NCBI GenBank assembly: GCA_964188305.1
Contig: OZ076892.1
DNA: 64,000 nucleotides
Direction: 5' to 3' (one strand)
From: Podarcis bocagei
Taxonomy: Eukaryota
The notes beneath the pieces are model-generated. The model worked only from the letters and a program-made list of their open reading frames with translations. It made no database searches and was not told where the DNA came from. Positions 60,030 to 64,000 of the stretch are shown here, one piece after another; the stretch's first letter is position 1, and each line of letters opens with the position of its first letter. The position numbers and the translations under genes were made by a program.

Positions 60030-60190
60030 AGAGCATTGGTCCATCTGGCTTAGTATTGTCCATGCTAATTGGCATGACTCCCCAGGATTTCAGAAGGGGG
60101 ATCTTTCCAAGACCTACCTGGAGATGGCAGGGATTGGACTCGGGACCTTCTGCATGCAAACTGTTTGCTCTGCTGCTGAGCTACAGCCCT
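60030..60190 (-). mobile_element. tRNA-derived SINE (Squam2-like); another copy at ~61118-61320
   Basis: CCTACCTGGAGATGGCAGGGATT...ACCTTCTGCATGCAAA...CTGAGCTACAGCCC. Confidence 0.7.
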
Positions 60191-63100
60191 TTGCAGCTGT
60201 TATAAGGAAATCATGCCTGACTTTTTGGGGGAAACAGTTGATTGCATCACTGAGGCCACCAGGCTCGGAAGTCTCAACTTATTTTTAGTTGCTGCTGTGT
60301 CTACTCTTAAGGCATGTAAAAGAGTACACTTTATTCCTGGGATGACGCTCTGAGGGTTGCCTCAGTGCCACAGAACTATGTTATCTGTTGACTTTCATTT
60401 TGTAGAAATGGTGGTTGGAAACTTATGAAAACCAATAGAGCTTGACAGGTTGACAGATTAAATACTAATATATAGAAGATTATTTAAATTGCAGGCCTAT
60501 ACACAATTTGTATAGGAAATAGAATTGTTGTTGCTACATGTTAGCCTGTAAAGAGCTTGGCAGGAGATTAGTTAAAGTACCAGCTTACTGAAAATCCAAC
60601 TACCTAGGGACATACTTATTTCTTTTCTCTTTCCCCCTCTTTCCTGTCAGCTGCAGGACTTCTAATAATCAGGTCTGCTGGCCTCTTTCTTGACAATGCC
60701 ACAACTCCCTTGCATTGGCTTTTAAGGAAACGAATAGGCAAGTCCTGCAAGGCAGAAAGCAAGTACTTTTTGACTGCTGCATGGAACATGCAACACAGTG
60801 GTGGCCATGAGATACTGGAAGTGTGGCAGGAATAACAGTCTCCATTAAGAGGAAGATGACAGCCCCAGCCATCATTTCACCTTGCAGAGTTGCATGAATA
60901 GCTGGAAATGCTTTTCACATCTTCACTTAGTATGAAGGCTGGAAGGTTATCCATCCAGTGCTCAAAACGGGGTGGGATGCCACGCAATTTCTTTTAAGAT
61001 TGACATACCACTCTTCCATTTCTGTTCAGGCAGACATTCTTGAGTCTAGCCTAACCATCCCACATCATCATTTCTCTCACACTTAGAAAACTGCATCCCT
61101 AACAGGGCAGTTCATACCTAGGAAGCTGCCTCATACCAGGCAAGACTGTCCATCTCACCCAACAGCATCTCCTCTGCCTGGCAGTGGCTTTGCGGTTCTC
61201 TCTGACACAGGGTCTTTCCCCTCTCCTGTCACCTGCTCATACTCTTAACTGCAGATGCCAAGGATGGAACATAAGACCTTCTGCATGCAAAGCATGAACC
61301 CCAGCACTGAACTATGATCCCTCCACGCGTGCTTTGGTAACCTTGAGGCTTATGTGCCATCCAGATAGATCAATATGGCTTGGGAAGCTGCAAAGGCAGC
61401 GTAAGACAGGGAGGAGGACCTATGACCCAGTAGATACTGTTAGACTGTACCTGCCATTATCCCCAAGCATTGGTCATGCTGGCTGGCATCAATGAGAGTT
61501 GGGAGTCTCATAACTTCTAGAGGACCACGGGTTCTGACCCCTGCCACATAAAATATCAGCTCTTCTGCAGAAGCAGGTGAGCCTTTGAGAGGACTTGATG
61601 TCCATTTCTTCTGGTGTGAACCAGTATCCTTCAGGGTGCATTCTGCAGGCACTACTAGCCATGTTTCCTCCACAGTTGGGAGGCAGGAATTCTTCTGAAT
61701 ATCATCTGCTGGGAGCCAGAGGGAGGGAGAGTGCTCTTCTGTTCAGGTTCTGCTTGCAGGTTCCCCTCAGACAATCTGGGTGGCCAGTGTGAGGACAGGA
61801 TGCTGTTCTGGGTGGGTCATTGCCCTGCTCCAATAGGTCTCTTCTTACAGTTCTCTCTTTGTACTGCAGTAGTCACCTGAGTCAATGAGAAAATCCATCT
61901 GTCCAAGGACTTAAGTCACACCTTCAGTTTCTTGCACCAGAGTCTGGTCTGAAATGAACCAGAAATTGTGGTTTGGGTGAGTGAAATACTTTTGAGCCAG
62001 GCTGTGTGTTGAAAAGCACATTTTTATTCTGCACAGCACACCAAGGAAGTAAATAGCACGTTACAGGCAAAGGAAATAGTCTAAATTGGCCTGAAAAATG
62101 CCGTCAAATGATAGCATATCCTACTGAGAGTGGCTGGGATTTAGATGAATGGATAAGAAGCAGTAATTAACACTGAGCAATGCCTTGATGCATTTCGAGC
62201 AGCAGGAGATTGGGGGAGGGATATCCATTTCTGCCTTTTCCCCATAGTCTTGTTTGGTACACTGAAAAAGCACACGATGCTCAGCAACACTTTTCGCTCA
62301 GTTTTCTGGAAGTGGGTTATTACATTTGGACGAGCTTTATTGCCCGTACAGGTGAAAAATATTCACAAAAGAATATTCAACACCTGTGAGCTATGATAGG
62401 TAAAACCATGTGAACTTGTCCCATTATTTAAGGATGGCCATGCCACGTCTCGAAAGGTAAGTCCCATGGAAAGCCATATTCTTCCAGTGCGCATATGAAT
62501 TGGCACCAAACTTTGGAAGCACCTTCCTGGTTAACCAACTGTGGTACAGCACTGATCCCAACAAGACAGAATTTCCTCTTTAAAACAAAAAAACGGCTTC
62601 CACATATGCAAAGATTAAAAATATGCCTTGCCCTAAACTTGCTTTGCAAGGTAAGTGAAAACAACTTGATCTTGACCTTTTCTGTTGGCTCTGATCCATG
62701 ATTCAGAAACAACGACAGCTCTCCAGTTTCTTGAAGACCACAGTTTGAGAATTGTGGAGGTAGAATAATGTTGCGGGATTTACAGAGAGATGGCTAAATA
62801 ATTTCTAGTATCCTCTCAACCTCAAAGGAAAGTGGGAGCAAGTTCTTGAGCTTTTTATCGTTAGAAACTATGAAGAATAACCGGCTTGACGTGAAGACCA
62901 CCACAAGCTCTTTATCTTTGTGTTTCTTTTGAAACTCGTATTGAAAAAGCATTTGGGGGAAATCTGGGTATATGTGGTCTCCTATGAAAACGTTGGTCTC
63001 CACTGTAGCTTAATACATGCTTGAAAAATTGGACTTAGGAACTTCTGGAAATGTTTTTTGGTGCCCTGCCAAGCACTTTTCAATCTCCATTACCCGTCTC

Positions 63101-64000
63101 TCAGTACACTTGTTCATTCCCTCCCCGTGGACAGATGATCTTCCATTTTCTGATTCCCCCCCTTCCCCGAACAAATGAAGCGTAGAAGAAGAGAGATATA
63201 ACGTTACGAGGAAAGTCAGGGAGATGAGGGGAATTTATGAATAATCTAAGGAACACTCATAACTTGGAGATGTCCTTTTTTTGCAGAGCCGAGGGAGCAG
63301 GGTAAGGTTCTTTGGGCTTCACATGCTGGCAGAACGAAATCTAACTTTAGAATTTTTAAGTCCGCAGTCCCTTTTCGCTCACTGCACAGCATTTACTCAG
63401 AATAGCTAAGTAGAAATGCAGACTCGAGATAAGAAGATTGAAATGTACTGCAGAGGCAGAGCCTTCTTCACTTTCGATATTGGTGGTTTAGCAGAAAAAT
63501 AAACCACACCAGCATCTGAGCTAGTCAAAAGAAAATGATTTTTTAAAAAGGACTGATTAGTGTGTAGCAAATCATACCATAACACCATTGCTCCTAACGG
63601 AAGGGTTTCTCCCACATGCATTTCAAAGGCATTTATCCTCCACCAGACAATTTTTGTTTTTTGCAGAAGCAATGGCTGACACTGGGGCGTTATTCTCTAT
63701 GACGGTTTGTCAGACGGCAGAATCTGGGCTCTGCTATTCAATTAAGGAAAAATAAACAGACACGTGCAACCAAGCATTCCTTTGACATGGCTTGCTGACA
63801 AATTTGTGGCTACATTATTTCAAGCTTTACAAGAAGTTTGGTTTTTTTGGGTGGGGGGACATGAATCAGGGCAATTAGGACAGGGCTCTGAAAAAGAAAA
63901 GGCAGTCCAAGGCTATTCCAGGGATATAGACAGTGTAGACATAATACTGGTTTTGAATCCTACCCCATGTAAGAACCATGCAGTGGGGAAGGGCTTTAGC

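Overview
Vertebrate nuclear DNA. The SINE/LINE/MITE content points to a squamate, most likely a lacertid lizard. Two spliced + strand genes can be rebuilt exon by exon with GT-AG junctions and a continuous reading frame. ZNF507 has 6 coding exons (2511-10945; 2922 nt, 973 aa, 10 C2H2 fingers); its promoter lies upstream of the window and it has a 3'UTR of about 3.7 kb. DPY19L3 (C-mannosyltransferase) has a CpG-island promoter at ~18 kb, a non-coding exon 1 and 18 coding exons (20920-52691; 2181 nt, 726 aa). I recall the same ZNF507-DPY19L3 order in human. The rest is intronic or intergenic: tRNA-derived SINEs, L2/CR1 fragments, Tc1/mariner and hAT MITEs, a solo LTR, a DIRS relic, microsatellites, two N gaps and several enhancer-like non-coding blocks. 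I found no wholly new biological system. The best leads are: (1) a frame-symmetric extra zinc-finger exon in ZNF507, absent from the human protein as I recall it, whose donor overlaps a second, stop-generating donor; (2) an antisense solo LTR with a perfect 6-bp TSD just upstream of that exon; (3) two uORFs and three in-frame 15-nt-spaced acceptors in DPY19L3; (4) candidate conserved enhancers in the introns. Most ORFs in the supplied track are spurious. Repeat family names and orthologue comparisons are from memory, not database searches.
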